A DNA stretch of 24,000 nt. Source: an uncultured Bacteroidota bacterium (GTDB lineage: Bacteria > Bacteroidota > Bacteroidia > Bacteroidales > GCA-2748055). Positions 1-7,574 of the stretch are shown here, piece after piece. The translations under genes were made by a program, and so were the position numbers. Under the pieces are notes generated by a model that had not been told where the DNA came from, did not search any database, and saw only the letters and a program-made list of their open reading frames with translations. How positions within the stretch are numbered: position 1 is the stretch's first letter; the number at the start of each line of letters is the position of its first letter. The DNA lies in assembly GCA_963747365.1 (NCBI GenBank), contig CAVVFB010000006.1:36250-60249 (forward strand), written 5' to 3'.

Positions 1-396
1 ATCGAAGCTCCCGATCTTTCACAGGTGATCCAGGTATTCGATTACCCTGCAAATGGCCCGGAAGATTTGAATACAGAAGCGTTAATTGCCAGAAGAAACC
101 TGATTACAAAAGAGTTTGTTCACGGTCCCCGGGAAGACTCCTATATGACACTCTCCCCCATGTACCCACCTATCGCTTTCGATCTGAAAAAGGGGGGTAT
201 GGATGTGGTAGAGTTAAGGGGATTGTGGGAACTTGAGAATGGTTTTATGGGCGGCCCATTCATCAGCCATTCCGTTTATGATGCTTCCCGGAACAGAATT
301 GTCACAGTGGATGGATACATCTACTATCCGAATCAAAAGAAAAGGGTCAAACTGAAACAACTCGAAGCTATTATCTACTCGCTGGAGGTTATCTAG
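1..396 (+). CDS. DUF4837-like protein, C-terminal part (5' end lies upstream of the window)
   Basis: Frame 1 is open from base 1 (IEAPDLSQ precedes the track's GTG at 25), so the gene starts upstream of the window. The C-terminal sequence RGLWELENGFMGGPFISHSVYD...YYPNQKKR...LEAIIYSL matches my recollection of the Bacteroidota DUF4837 family. This assignment is from recall only. Confidence 0.55.
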   Translation: MEAPDLSQVIQVFDYPANGPEDLNTEALIARRNLITKEFVHGPREDSYMTLSPMYPPIAFDLKKGGMDVVELRGLWELENGFMGGPFISHSVYDASRNRIVTVDGYIYYPNQKKRVKLKQLEAIIYSLEVI

Positions 397-406
397 CTCT
401 GATCAG

Positions 407-631
407 CTATTTGGTATAGAAAAGGTTGGGTTTTTCAAATTCAAACAGGGTGGGATAATCCTCATCAAATTTTTTCAGAATTTCCGTCATGATCGTCTCC
501 CGCATGAATCTGGACTTATTCTGAATCTTGTACTTGTCACAATAGAGGTTAAAGGCATCTCTTTCTCTTGCGTTAAATAACAGAGAAGCCTGGAATTTCC
601 TTCGCAGTTTTTCGTCTTTCTTGTTCTCCAC
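407..631 (-). CDS. small ribbon-helix-helix-like (CopG/Arc-type) putative DNA-binding protein, 74 aa
   Basis: The ORF has a GTG start (reverse complement of cac at 629-631). A basic N-terminus is followed by a strand-helix-helix-like pattern, FQASLLFNARERDAFNLYCDKYKIQNKSRFMRETIMTEIL. I recognise no named family. A TAnnTTTG-like box (TATTTTTA, minus strand, 664-657) lies about 25 nt upstream. Confidence 0.5.
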   Translation of the reverse strand: MENKKDEKLRRKFQASLLFNARERDAFNLYCDKYKIQNKSRFMRETIMTEILKKFDEDYPTLFEFEKPNLFYTK

Positions 632-730
632 CTGGATTGGGTTAGGTTTATTTTGCTAAAAATAGACATTGCCTTTTGTTTGACGCCATCCGGGGTTCTG
701 TAACAATTAACAACTTTCTAACATCTCTGT

Positions 731-847
731 TATGGATATAAATATAGTAGAGTAAAAAAGACTATATATGAATATGTAAGTATTTAAATATAAGATAAAT
801 ATAATTACAGTAGTGGAGTAAATATGTATGTAGATGTAAAATATTGA
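731..847. repeat. AT-rich, C-depleted tract containing an imperfect direct repeat
   Basis: Hand count gives 2 C and 20 G in 117 nt (about 19% GC), while the flanks look mid-40s% GC. Repeat unit 1 is AGTAGAGTAAA (746-756) ... ATATGTAAGTA (771-781). Repeat unit 2 is AGTAG-TGG-AGTAAA (809-822) followed directly by TATGTATGTA (824-833). The second copy lacks about 15 nt present in the first. Confidence 0.6.
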
Positions 848-896
848 CCCATAGGAATCCTTCCGCCTCACTGGCCTGGCACTTCGGGTAGGATCA

Positions 897-2330
897 TTAA
901 CTATTTATAATAGAGAGCAGTTCACGGGGACGAATCAACCCCAGCAATAAAGCACTTACCAGGCACGAGGAGAGCAGGATCAGGAATCCGGGGGTCCAAC
1001 CCGGGAAAAGCAGGGTCAGGTAACCCATCCCAATGTTCAGGACCAGAAATGCGGCAAGTTTTAGCATGATGTCACCGTTCAGTGAGATCTTCATGATTTT
1101 TCTGGTGAGGATCATTTGTGCGGTGGCATAGAATCCCTGGGCGGTCAGACTGGAGATAGCAGCACCGACCGATTGGTACCGGGGGATGAGGATCAGGTTC
1201 AGGGATACATTTAGTATTACGGTGATGCCCGCCACCATATTGAGTTGGCGCAAATTGTTGTTGGCCGTCAGAAGGGTACCGTATATATAGCTTGTGGAAA
1301 CAAAAAGGAATCCAACCATCAGGATTCCAAATACGGTCGAGCTGTGAGCGGCAGGTTCAATATACAACAGATCAATAATACTGGTTCGGTAGAAATTGCA
1401 GCTGATTGCCAGCGTAATACCTGCCACCATCAGCAGTGGAAGAGCAGTGCGGACAAGATCGTTCACATCCTCCCTCATTTTGATCATTTTTGAGAACATG
1501 GGTAACAACAGGGCTGCAAAAAGAAGTGAGAATTGTGAAGCTGCATCAAAGAACCGGAATGATTGGGCATAGATCCCTGCCTCCTCTCTGCCGTTAGGCA
1601 GTAGCCGCTCGAGCATGACTGAGTCCACCCTGTTGAAAATGGACATGAGCAGGATCAGCAGGGCAAAGGGGTAGCTCAACTGCAGAACCTCGCGCGACCG
1701 TCTGAAACTGACCCGGTGAAGAAATGCGCCGGAACGGTACCTGACCATCGCTGCCACTGTAATCAGAGTGATTACATAAGAGAGGCTCTGGGCATATACG
1801 AACCACTCTATTTTAAAAGGCTTTTTGATGATGTTACCCCAGAGCAGGAGCCCCGTAATGAGAATCATCAGACTCCGGTCCAGTACCGAGAGAAGGCTGT
1901 CGGTCCGAAAATATTGCAGCCCGCTGATGTTGGATCTGAAATAGAGTATGAAAGAGGCAAGGAACTGGTTTGCAATCAGTATCCAAAGCATCGAAAACTG
2001 TTCCGAAGAGTATCCGATGATTCTTCCGGCCGCATAGGCAACTCCTGCATAGGCAAATGATAAAACCAGTTTAAGCGGAATAATGGCAGCCAGGTAATCC
2101 CTGAGATAACCCGGTTCGCGCGAGATGGCCCGGTTGTTGAAATTGTTTATCCCCAGGTCCAGGAGGATATTAAGGATAAATGCAAAATTGAAAAGGGAGA
2201 AGTAGAAACCATACATCTCTTCGCCCACCCGGTTCTGAACCCCCACTTCAATCCCGAAAAACCAAAATGGTTTGATCAGCAGGTTCAGCAGGATCAGAAG
2301 AGCCAGGTTGGTGAGGAAGCGCTTTTTCAA
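897..2330 (-). CDS. oligosaccharide/polysaccharide flippase (Wzx-like, MOP superfamily), 477 aa
   Basis: The protein is polytopic and hydrophobic throughout. Its N-terminus MKKRFLTNLALLILLNLLIKPFWFFGIEVGVQNRVG is typical of Bacteroidota flippase-family proteins. The start codon is TTG (reverse complement of caa at 2328-2330). It is divergently paired with a glycosyltransferase. Confidence 0.75.
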   Translation of the reverse strand: MKKRFLTNLALLILLNLLIKPFWFFGIEVGVQNRVGEEMYGFYFSLFNFAFILNILLDLGINNFNNRAISREPGYLRDYLAAIIPLKLVLSFAYAGVAYAAGRIIGYSSEQFSMLWILIANQFLASFILYFRSNISGLQYFRTDSLLSVLDRSLMILITGLLLWGNIIKKPFKIEWFVYAQSLSYVITLITVAAMVRYRSGAFLHRVSFRRSREVLQLSYPFALLILLMSIFNRVDSVMLERLLPNGREEAGIYAQSFRFFDAASQFSLLFAALLLPMFSKMIKMREDVNDLVRTALPLLMVAGITLAISCNFYRTSIIDLLYIEPAAHSSTVFGILMVGFLFVSTSYIYGTLLTANNNLRQLNMVAGITVILNVSLNLILIPRYQSVGAAISSLTAQGFYATAQMILTRKIMKISLNGDIMLKLAAFLVLNIGMGYLTLLFPGWTPGFLILLSSCLVSALLLGLIRPRELLSIINS

Positions 2331-2415
2331 ACCGGGGAAGAAATATTTTTTATTTCAACACAAATGTAATAAGTTCGCTCCAGATATGTCGGGTATCTTG
2401 AGCAAGGAAAGAAAA

Positions 2416-3552
2416 ATGCGAAATATTGTTGTGAATACCAGGTTATTAATGCCTGGAAAACTGGATGGTATTGGATGGTTTACATTTGAGACCCTTAAAA
2501 GAATTACTCAAGCCCACCCTGATACTCATTTTTATTTCCTGTTCGATCGTAAATACAGCCCTGAGGTCATATTTGGTGAAAACGTGACCCCGGTAATTTT
2601 GAGACCGGCAACCCGGCACCCGTTGCTCTGGTACTTTTGGTTCGAGTGCAGGATTGCTATGTTTTTGAGAAGGGTGAAACCTGACTTGTTCCTAAGTACC
2701 GACGGATTCCTGCCACTTCGTTCAAAAGTCCCGTCAGTACTGGTAATTCATGACATTAACTTTGAGCATCGGCCGGGAGATCTTCCCCTGGTTGCTGGAA
2801 AATACTATCGCTACTTCTTCCCCAGGTATGCACGCAAGGCAACCAGGATTGTTACTGTTTCAGAATATTCCAGGAGGGATATCATCAACCAGTATGAGGT
2901 TGAGGAAGATCTGGTGGATCTGGCATATAACGGGGCCAATGAAAATTTCAGACCCATCACAGCGGAAGAGGCTGTTGAGGTCAGAAATGAATTTACACAG
3001 GGATGTCCCTATTTTATTTTTGTGGGCAGCCTCCATCCGAGAAAAAACATTACCAACCTTTTAAAGGCCTTTCAACTTTTCAAGGATGAGAACAGGGCCA
3101 ACTACAAACTGGTTCTGGTGGGAGAGAAGTTTTTTCTCACCAGGTCCATGGAGGAGCAACTGGAAAAGATGCCCAATAAAAGTGATGTGATTTTTACCGG
3201 GCGACTTTCACAAGACCGTTTGAACGGGGTGATCGGTGCAGCCTGGGCCATGACTTTTGTGCCATTCTTCGAAGGGTTCGGGATTCCCATCGTTGAAGCC
3301 ATGAAATGCGAAATCCCGGTGATTGCATCGAAAGTTACCAGCCTGCCTGAAATTGCAGGGGATGCTGCTCTTTATGCAGCTCCAGAAAGCCCGGGAAGCA
3401 TTCGGGATGCCATGATCAGGATGGTCAGGGAGAAGGGTTTGCGGGAAGATCTTATAGAGAAAGGACGGCAGAGAAGAGATCTTTTCAGCTGGGATGACAC
3501 AGCAGCCAAACTCTGGAATTCCATGGAGAAGGTTATGGAGAAAGATGCTTGA
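2416..3552 (+). CDS. glycosyltransferase, GT4 / group 1 family
   Basis: The C-terminal E-x7-E region FFEGFGIPIVEAMKCEIPVIAS and the VGSLHPRKN motif support the family. I chose the ATG at 2416 (MRNIVVNTRLL...) because homologues usually begin this way. The track's TTG at 2272 would overlap the divergent flippase gene. Confidence 0.88.
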   Translation: MRNIVVNTRLLMPGKLDGIGWFTFETLKRITQAHPDTHFYFLFDRKYSPEVIFGENVTPVILRPATRHPLLWYFWFECRIAMFLRRVKPDLFLSTDGFLPLRSKVPSVLVIHDINFEHRPGDLPLVAGKYYRYFFPRYARKATRIVTVSEYSRRDIINQYEVEEDLVDLAYNGANENFRPITAEEAVEVRNEFTQGCPYFIFVGSLHPRKNITNLLKAFQLFKDENRANYKLVLVGEKFFLTRSMEEQLEKMPNKSDVIFTGRLSQDRLNGVIGAAWAMTFVPFFEGFGIPIVEAMKCEIPVIASKVTSLPEIAGDAALYAAPESPGSIRDAMIRMVREKGLREDLIEKGRQRRDLFSWDDTAAKLWNSMEKVMEKDA

Positions 3553-4147
3553 ACCCTATCATACAGCAGGAGTTGTTGAGGCCGGGTGTGATGAAGCCGG
3601 AAGGGGTTGTCTGGCCGGGCCTGTGTATGCCGCTGCGGTTATCCTTCCGCCCGGTTTTTCAGATCCCCTCCTGAATGATAGTAAAAAACTGAGTGCCCGG
3701 ACCCGGGAGAGGTTGAGAGTTGTGGTGGAGCGCGAGGCTTTGTCCTTCGCCATTGGGGTTGCAGAGCCGGAGGAGATCGACAGGATCAACATCCTGAATG
3801 CTTCCATTCTGGCCATGCACAGGGCGGTTGAGAGACTCAATCCCGAACCCGGTCACCTCTTAGTGGACGGCAACCGCTTTAAACCCTTTGGGAAGATATC
3901 TCACTCATGCATTGTCAAGGGAGATGGAATCTATGCCTCGATCGCGGCCGCTTCTGTACTGGCCAAAACATACCGGGACGAGTATATGGAATCGCTGCAC
4001 AATCTGTACCCTTCATATGGTTGGAACAGAAACATGGGTTATCCCACCAGGGAGCACCGTAAAGCCATTCTTGAATCAGGTCCGACCGGTTATCACCGCC
4101 GCAGTTTCAGGCTGCTGGACAACCAGCTGATTCTCTCCTTTTCTTAA
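3545..4147 (+). CDS. rnhB: ribonuclease HII
   Basis: Supporting motifs are GCDEAGRGCLAGPV (catalytic D-E), LNDSKKL, IAAASVLAK and HRRSF. The ATG at 3545 overlaps the glycosyltransferase stop (ATGCTTGA, stop at 3550-3552), which suggests translational coupling. Confidence 0.93.
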   Translation: MLEPYHTAGVVEAGCDEAGRGCLAGPVYAAAVILPPGFSDPLLNDSKKLSARTRERLRVVVEREALSFAIGVAEPEEIDRINILNASILAMHRAVERLNPEPGHLLVDGNRFKPFGKISHSCIVKGDGIYASIAAASVLAKTYRDEYMESLHNLYPSYGWNRNMGYPTREHRKAILESGPTGYHRRSFRLLDNQLILSFS

Positions 4148-4230
4148 ACATACCCGGCAATTTCAAAAAACATTTTGCCATATTTGCAGTTTGCAGATTT
4201 CAAAACTTTTAAGCATTATAAATTTCTTAA

Positions 4231-6390
4231 ATGAAAAAGATATTCATTGCACTCTTTGCTGTTCTTTCAATGTTCCAGGCAGGGGTGAAGGCTGATGAGG
4301 GAATGTGGCTATTAAGCCTGCTGGAAAATATGAACATGGAGGAGATGACAGAGATGGGATTGCAGCTTTCTGCTGACCAGATCTACAGTATAAACCATGC
4401 AAGTCTGAAGGATGCTGTTGGAGCTCTCGACAGGGGTTCATGTACAGCGGAACTGGTATCACCCGACGGACTTCTTCTTACGAATCATCACTGTGGCTAT
4501 GATGAAATTCAGTATCACAGTACATTGGAGAAGGATTACCTGAAAAATGGCTTCTGGGCCATGACAAGGGCTGAGGAGCTGCCCAATAAAGGGAAAACCA
4601 TCAGTTTCATGGTGCGCATGGAGGAGGTTACCGACCGGTTTGCGAATGAGATTAATGAAGAAATGGATCCTCACGCGCGCAGTGCAAGGATAAGGTCACT
4701 TTCAGCGGCCATTGAATCTGAGGCAACCGGGAATAATGAATATGAAGCTTATGTGAGTAGCCTGTATAACGACAACCGGTTCTTTCTTTTTGTCATAGAA
4801 ACCTACAGGGATGTAAGGCTGGTGGGTGCACCTCCCGAGGCGATCGGAAAATATGGAGGCGATACCGACAACTGGGAGTGGCCCAGACATACCGGCGATT
4901 TCTCCATGTTCAGGGTCTACACGGCTCCTGACGGGAAACCTGCAGATTACAGTCCGGATAACGTTCCGATGAAATCGAAAAGCTACCTTCCTATTTCCCT
5001 GAAGGGTTATGAAAAAAATGATTTTGCCATGGTGATGGGCTTTCCCGGAAGCACCAACCGGTACCTGACTTCATGGGAGATTGATGAACTGCTGCAGATC
5101 ACTCATCCCAACAGGATCCGTATCCGGGGGATCAAACAGGATCTCCAGATGGAAGATATGCGCGCAGATGAAAAAGTAAGACTGCAATATGCAGCCAAGT
5201 TTGCCAATTCAGCAAATTACTGGAAATACTCCATCGGACAAGCCGAGGGTTTAAAGAACCTGAATGTACTGGAGAAAAAACAGAATCTTGAGGCCCAATT
5301 CACTGATTGGGTGAATCAGGATGAAGCACGGATTAAACTCTACGGAAATGTGCTCGGTGAGATCCGGACTTCTGTGGCAGAACGTAAAGAGCTTCAAAAT
5401 GCTGAACAGTACCTTTATGAGACTGTAAACAGGGGCGGAGGGATGGAGTCGGTCTACTTCTCCAGGCACCTGGATGCTCTTCAAAGTGCAATGGAGAATG
5501 CGAGGGAGAGGCCCCAATATCTGGTAGAGACCAAGGATGCGGTCAGGATGGAAGCCGATGCTTTCTATAAGGATTATAACCCGCCAACCGATAAGAAGGT
5601 TATGGCCGAAATGATCCGGTTGCTTATCGAAGAGCTGGATGATGCGTATCTTCCGGCTAACATTATACAGGTAAAGGAGAAATACAAGGGAAATATAGAG
5701 AGATATGTGGACCACTATTTCAAGAAGTCCTTCGTAGTGGATGAAGATAAATTCAATGCCTTTCTTGATGATCCCTCTCTGAAGGTGCTGCAGAAGGATC
5801 CCGCCTTTATGGCATACCTTGCATCCAGGAAAATAATTGAGGTGAATGGGAACCTGTCTGACTATTTGAGGAGGTCTGAGGAGGGCAGCAGGCTCTATTT
5901 GAAGGGACTCATGGAGATGCAGCCGGAAAAGGATTTCTATTCCGATGCAAACTCTACAATGAGGCTGACTTATGGTACGGTGGGAGACTATATACCAAGG
6001 GATGCTGTACGTTATGCCCATTATACCACCATGGAGGGGATTATTGAAAAAGAGGATCCTCTCTCATATGAATTTGTTGTTCCGGAAAAGCTGAAAGAGT
6101 TGTATAAGGAAAAGGATTACGGACCCTATGGTTCCGACGGTACCCTGTATATTTGCTTCACAACCAATAACGATATTACCGGAGGTAACTCCGGAAGCCC
6201 GGTGATCAATAGCCATGGAGAACTGATCGGTCTTGCCTTCGATGGTAACTGGGAGGCCATGAGTGGCGATATTGCATTTGAACCGGAAATTCAAAAGTGT
6301 ATCAATGTTGATATCAGGTATGTTCTTTTCATCATCGATAAGCTTGCCGGAGCCGGTCATCTCGTTGAGGAGATGACTCTCGTTAGATGA
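4231..6390 (+). CDS. S46 family dipeptidyl-peptidase (DPP7/DPP11 family), secreted
   Basis: A signal peptide is followed by the mature N-terminus ADEGMWLL. Catalytic-triad contexts are TNHHCGY (His), HTGDFSMFR (Asp) and GGNSGSPV (Ser). The length of 719 aa is typical for the family. Confidence 0.92.
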   Translation: MKKIFIALFAVLSMFQAGVKADEGMWLLSLLENMNMEEMTEMGLQLSADQIYSINHASLKDAVGALDRGSCTAELVSPDGLLLTNHHCGYDEIQYHSTLEKDYLKNGFWAMTRAEELPNKGKTISFMVRMEEVTDRFANEINEEMDPHARSARIRSLSAAIESEATGNNEYEAYVSSLYNDNRFFLFVIETYRDVRLVGAPPEAIGKYGGDTDNWEWPRHTGDFSMFRVYTAPDGKPADYSPDNVPMKSKSYLPISLKGYEKNDFAMVMGFPGSTNRYLTSWEIDELLQITHPNRIRIRGIKQDLQMEDMRADEKVRLQYAAKFANSANYWKYSIGQAEGLKNLNVLEKKQNLEAQFTDWVNQDEARIKLYGNVLGEIRTSVAERKELQNAEQYLYETVNRGGGMESVYFSRHLDALQSAMENARERPQYLVETKDAVRMEADAFYKDYNPPTDKKVMAEMIRLLIEELDDAYLPANIIQVKEKYKGNIERYVDHYFKKSFVVDEDKFNAFLDDPSLKVLQKDPAFMAYLASRKIIEVNGNLSDYLRRSEEGSRLYLKGLMEMQPEKDFYSDANSTMRLTYGTVGDYIPRDAVRYAHYTTMEGIIEKEDPLSYEFVVPEKLKELYKEKDYGPYGSDGTLYICFTTNNDITGGNSGSPVINSHGELIGLAFDGNWEAMSGDIAFEPEIQKCINVDIRYVLFIIDKLAGAGHLVEEMTLVR

Positions 6391-6397
6391 TGCAACC

Positions 6398-6871
6398 ATG
6401 AAGGCCGGGGAAATAGTCATCTATACAGACGGATCTGCAAGGGGCAATCCGGGACCAGGTGGTTATGGAGTGGTGATGATCTACGGCAAACACAGGAAGG
6501 AGCTGTCACAAGGATACGAATTGACCACCAATAACCGGATGGAGCTTTTGGCTGTGATCCGGGGACTACAGGCTTTGAAGCGGGATGATCTTTCTGTGAA
6601 GATCTATACCGATTCAAAGTATGTCTCCGATGCGGTAAACAAGCGTTGGGTATTCAACTGGGAAGCTAAGGGATTTAAAAAAAAGAAGAATCCCGATCTC
6701 TGGAGAGAGTTCCTGGAGGTCTACAACAGTTACAGCGTTTCGTTCGTTTGGGTGAAGGGACATGCCAGTATTCCGGAAAATGAACGTTGCGACCAGCTTG
6801 CAGTTGAGGCGAGTTATGGAGAGAGACTTCTTGTAGATTCCGGCTATGTGGATAACATGGAAGAATCGTAA
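6398..6871 (+). CDS. rnhA: ribonuclease HI
   Basis: Supporting motifs are IYTDGSARGNPGPGGYG, TNNRMEL, YTDSKYV and KGHA..PENERCDQLA. These cover the full set of RNase H1 catalytic-residue contexts. Confidence 0.95.
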   Translation: MKAGEIVIYTDGSARGNPGPGGYGVVMIYGKHRKELSQGYELTTNNRMELLAVIRGLQALKRDDLSVKIYTDSKYVSDAVNKRWVFNWEAKGFKKKKNPDLWREFLEVYNSYSVSFVWVKGHASIPENERCDQLAVEASYGERLLVDSGYVDNMEES

Positions 6872-6906
6872 TTGAGATTTTCTTAAATTGGCGGTATGTA
6901 ATCTGA

Positions 6907-7425
6907 GTGGACATGCTAAACAAGTCAATCCTGTCTTATCAGGGACCTTTCTCCTTCAGCACCATCGAAATGTTGCTGTCGGAGTTTAAGATTGCATCTC
7001 AGGAACACAAGATCTCCTTCAAGGCATATAAGAAGATGATCTCTGTAATGATAGAGGCCCTTGAAAATATTTCGAAATACAGTGATCAGATTCAGTGCAA
7101 AAGCGATGAGAAAATTGGATTTTGCCCCGCCTGTTATATCAACCGGAACACCCATTCCATTGAGTTAATTACCAGTAACCCTGTACGGAAAAAAGATGTG
7201 GCCTCGCTTCGATCAAGGATCGACAATGTGAATAATCAGAACACTGAGGAGTTGAAGAATCTCTATTTGTCGACCATCACCAACGGTAAGTTTTCTTCAG
7301 CAGGTGGTGCCGGACTCGGCTTTATAGAGATGGCAAAGACAACCGGGAATAAATTGGAATATACTTTTAAGGAGTTGAAGGGAGAATTTTCACTCTATAC
7401 CTTCCGGGTGGTTCTCGATCTTTAA
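6907..7425 (+). CDS. SiaB-like / DUF6272-like small GHKL-fold protein kinase (anti-sigma/partner-switching type)
   Basis: The 172-aa protein has the N-terminal motif SYQGPFSFSTIEMLL. It also has an N-box-like IEALENISKY and a G2-box-like GGAGLGFIEMAK, as in RsbW/SpoIIAB/SiaB-type kinases. The family name is from recall. Confidence 0.6.
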   Translation: MDMLNKSILSYQGPFSFSTIEMLLSEFKIASQEHKISFKAYKKMISVMIEALENISKYSDQIQCKSDEKIGFCPACYINRNTHSIELITSNPVRKKDVASLRSRIDNVNNQNTEELKNLYLSTITNGKFSSAGGAGLGFIEMAKTTGNKLEYTFKELKGEFSLYTFRVVLDL

Positions 7426-7549
7426 TCATTAGTGTCCTATATCGAACACCTGCGGTTCGCTTCCGGACATCCCTTGCATATCAGGATCCGGGTACTTTCT
7501 CCTATTCAATTTGATAACAGGTGGTTAAACTTTGTGGCACGAAAACTGT

Positions 7550-7557
7550 TAAATTTG
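7550..7557 (+). promoter_or_regulatory. candidate Bacteroidota -7 promoter box (TAAATTTG) for the permease gene
   Basis: This is a perfect match to TAnnTTTG, 18 nt upstream of the ATG at 7575. A TTTG lies upstream at 7531-7534, closer than the usual -33 spacing. Confidence 0.4.
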
Positions 7558-7574
7558 AACCCAAAGGATGATAC

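Noticed and set aside
2346-2358. An identical 13-mer TTTTTTATTTCAA at 2346-2358 and 10773-10785, in both cases just upstream (in minus sense) of minus-strand start codons for the flippase and kdsB.
   Set aside because: The sequence is low-complexity and A/T-rich, typical of Bacteroidota translation-initiation regions. An exact 13-mer pair of this composition is not improbable among roughly 10^9 position pairs. The distance to the start codon also differs (16 nt versus 0 nt).
2272-2415. Track-extended N-termini: TTG 2272 for the glycosyltransferase, 3494 for rnhB, GTG 15938 for lepA and TTG 20168 for the secreted protein.
   Set aside because: The extensions add non-conserved residues and overlap neighbouring genes or promoter boxes. 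Internal ATGs give canonical family N-termini ([47 protein letters not shown]-signal peptide).
4183-4196. The tandem TTTGCAG TTTGCAG upstream of the S46 peptidase gene.
   Set aside because: There are only two 7-nt units. They most likely reflect overlapping TTTG-type promoter elements. There is no further symmetry or repeat structure.
5251-6021. A 256-aa ORF antisense to the S46 peptidase. Similar long antisense or alternate-frame ORFs occur at 7938-8402, 9165-9794, 14895-15296, 16729-17274, 17795-18169, 19273-19704, 20988-21374 and 23214-23657.
   Set aside because: Each lies entirely inside a gene with strong recognisable motifs. Their translations are L/I/H/R/S-rich with no domain-like pattern, as expected for stop-poor antisense frames of coding DNA. 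None has its own promoter box or intergenic space.
3545-6871. RNase HII and RNase HI genes flanking the S46 peptidase, considered as a possible functional module.
   Set aside because: Both are ubiquitous housekeeping genes, and the peptidase has its own signal peptide and an upstream gap. Proximity alone gives no evidence of a system.
7535-7549. TGGCACGAAAACTGT upstream of the permease, considered as a sigma-54 -24/-12 promoter. Another TGGCAC occurs at 877-882.
   Set aside because: The -12 element reads CTGT instead of TTGC. A perfect TAnnTTTG box lies immediately downstream at 7550-7557 and explains the promoter. TGGCAC is expected about a dozen times by chance in 24 kb counted on both strands. 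The 877-882 copy has no downstream plus-strand gene.
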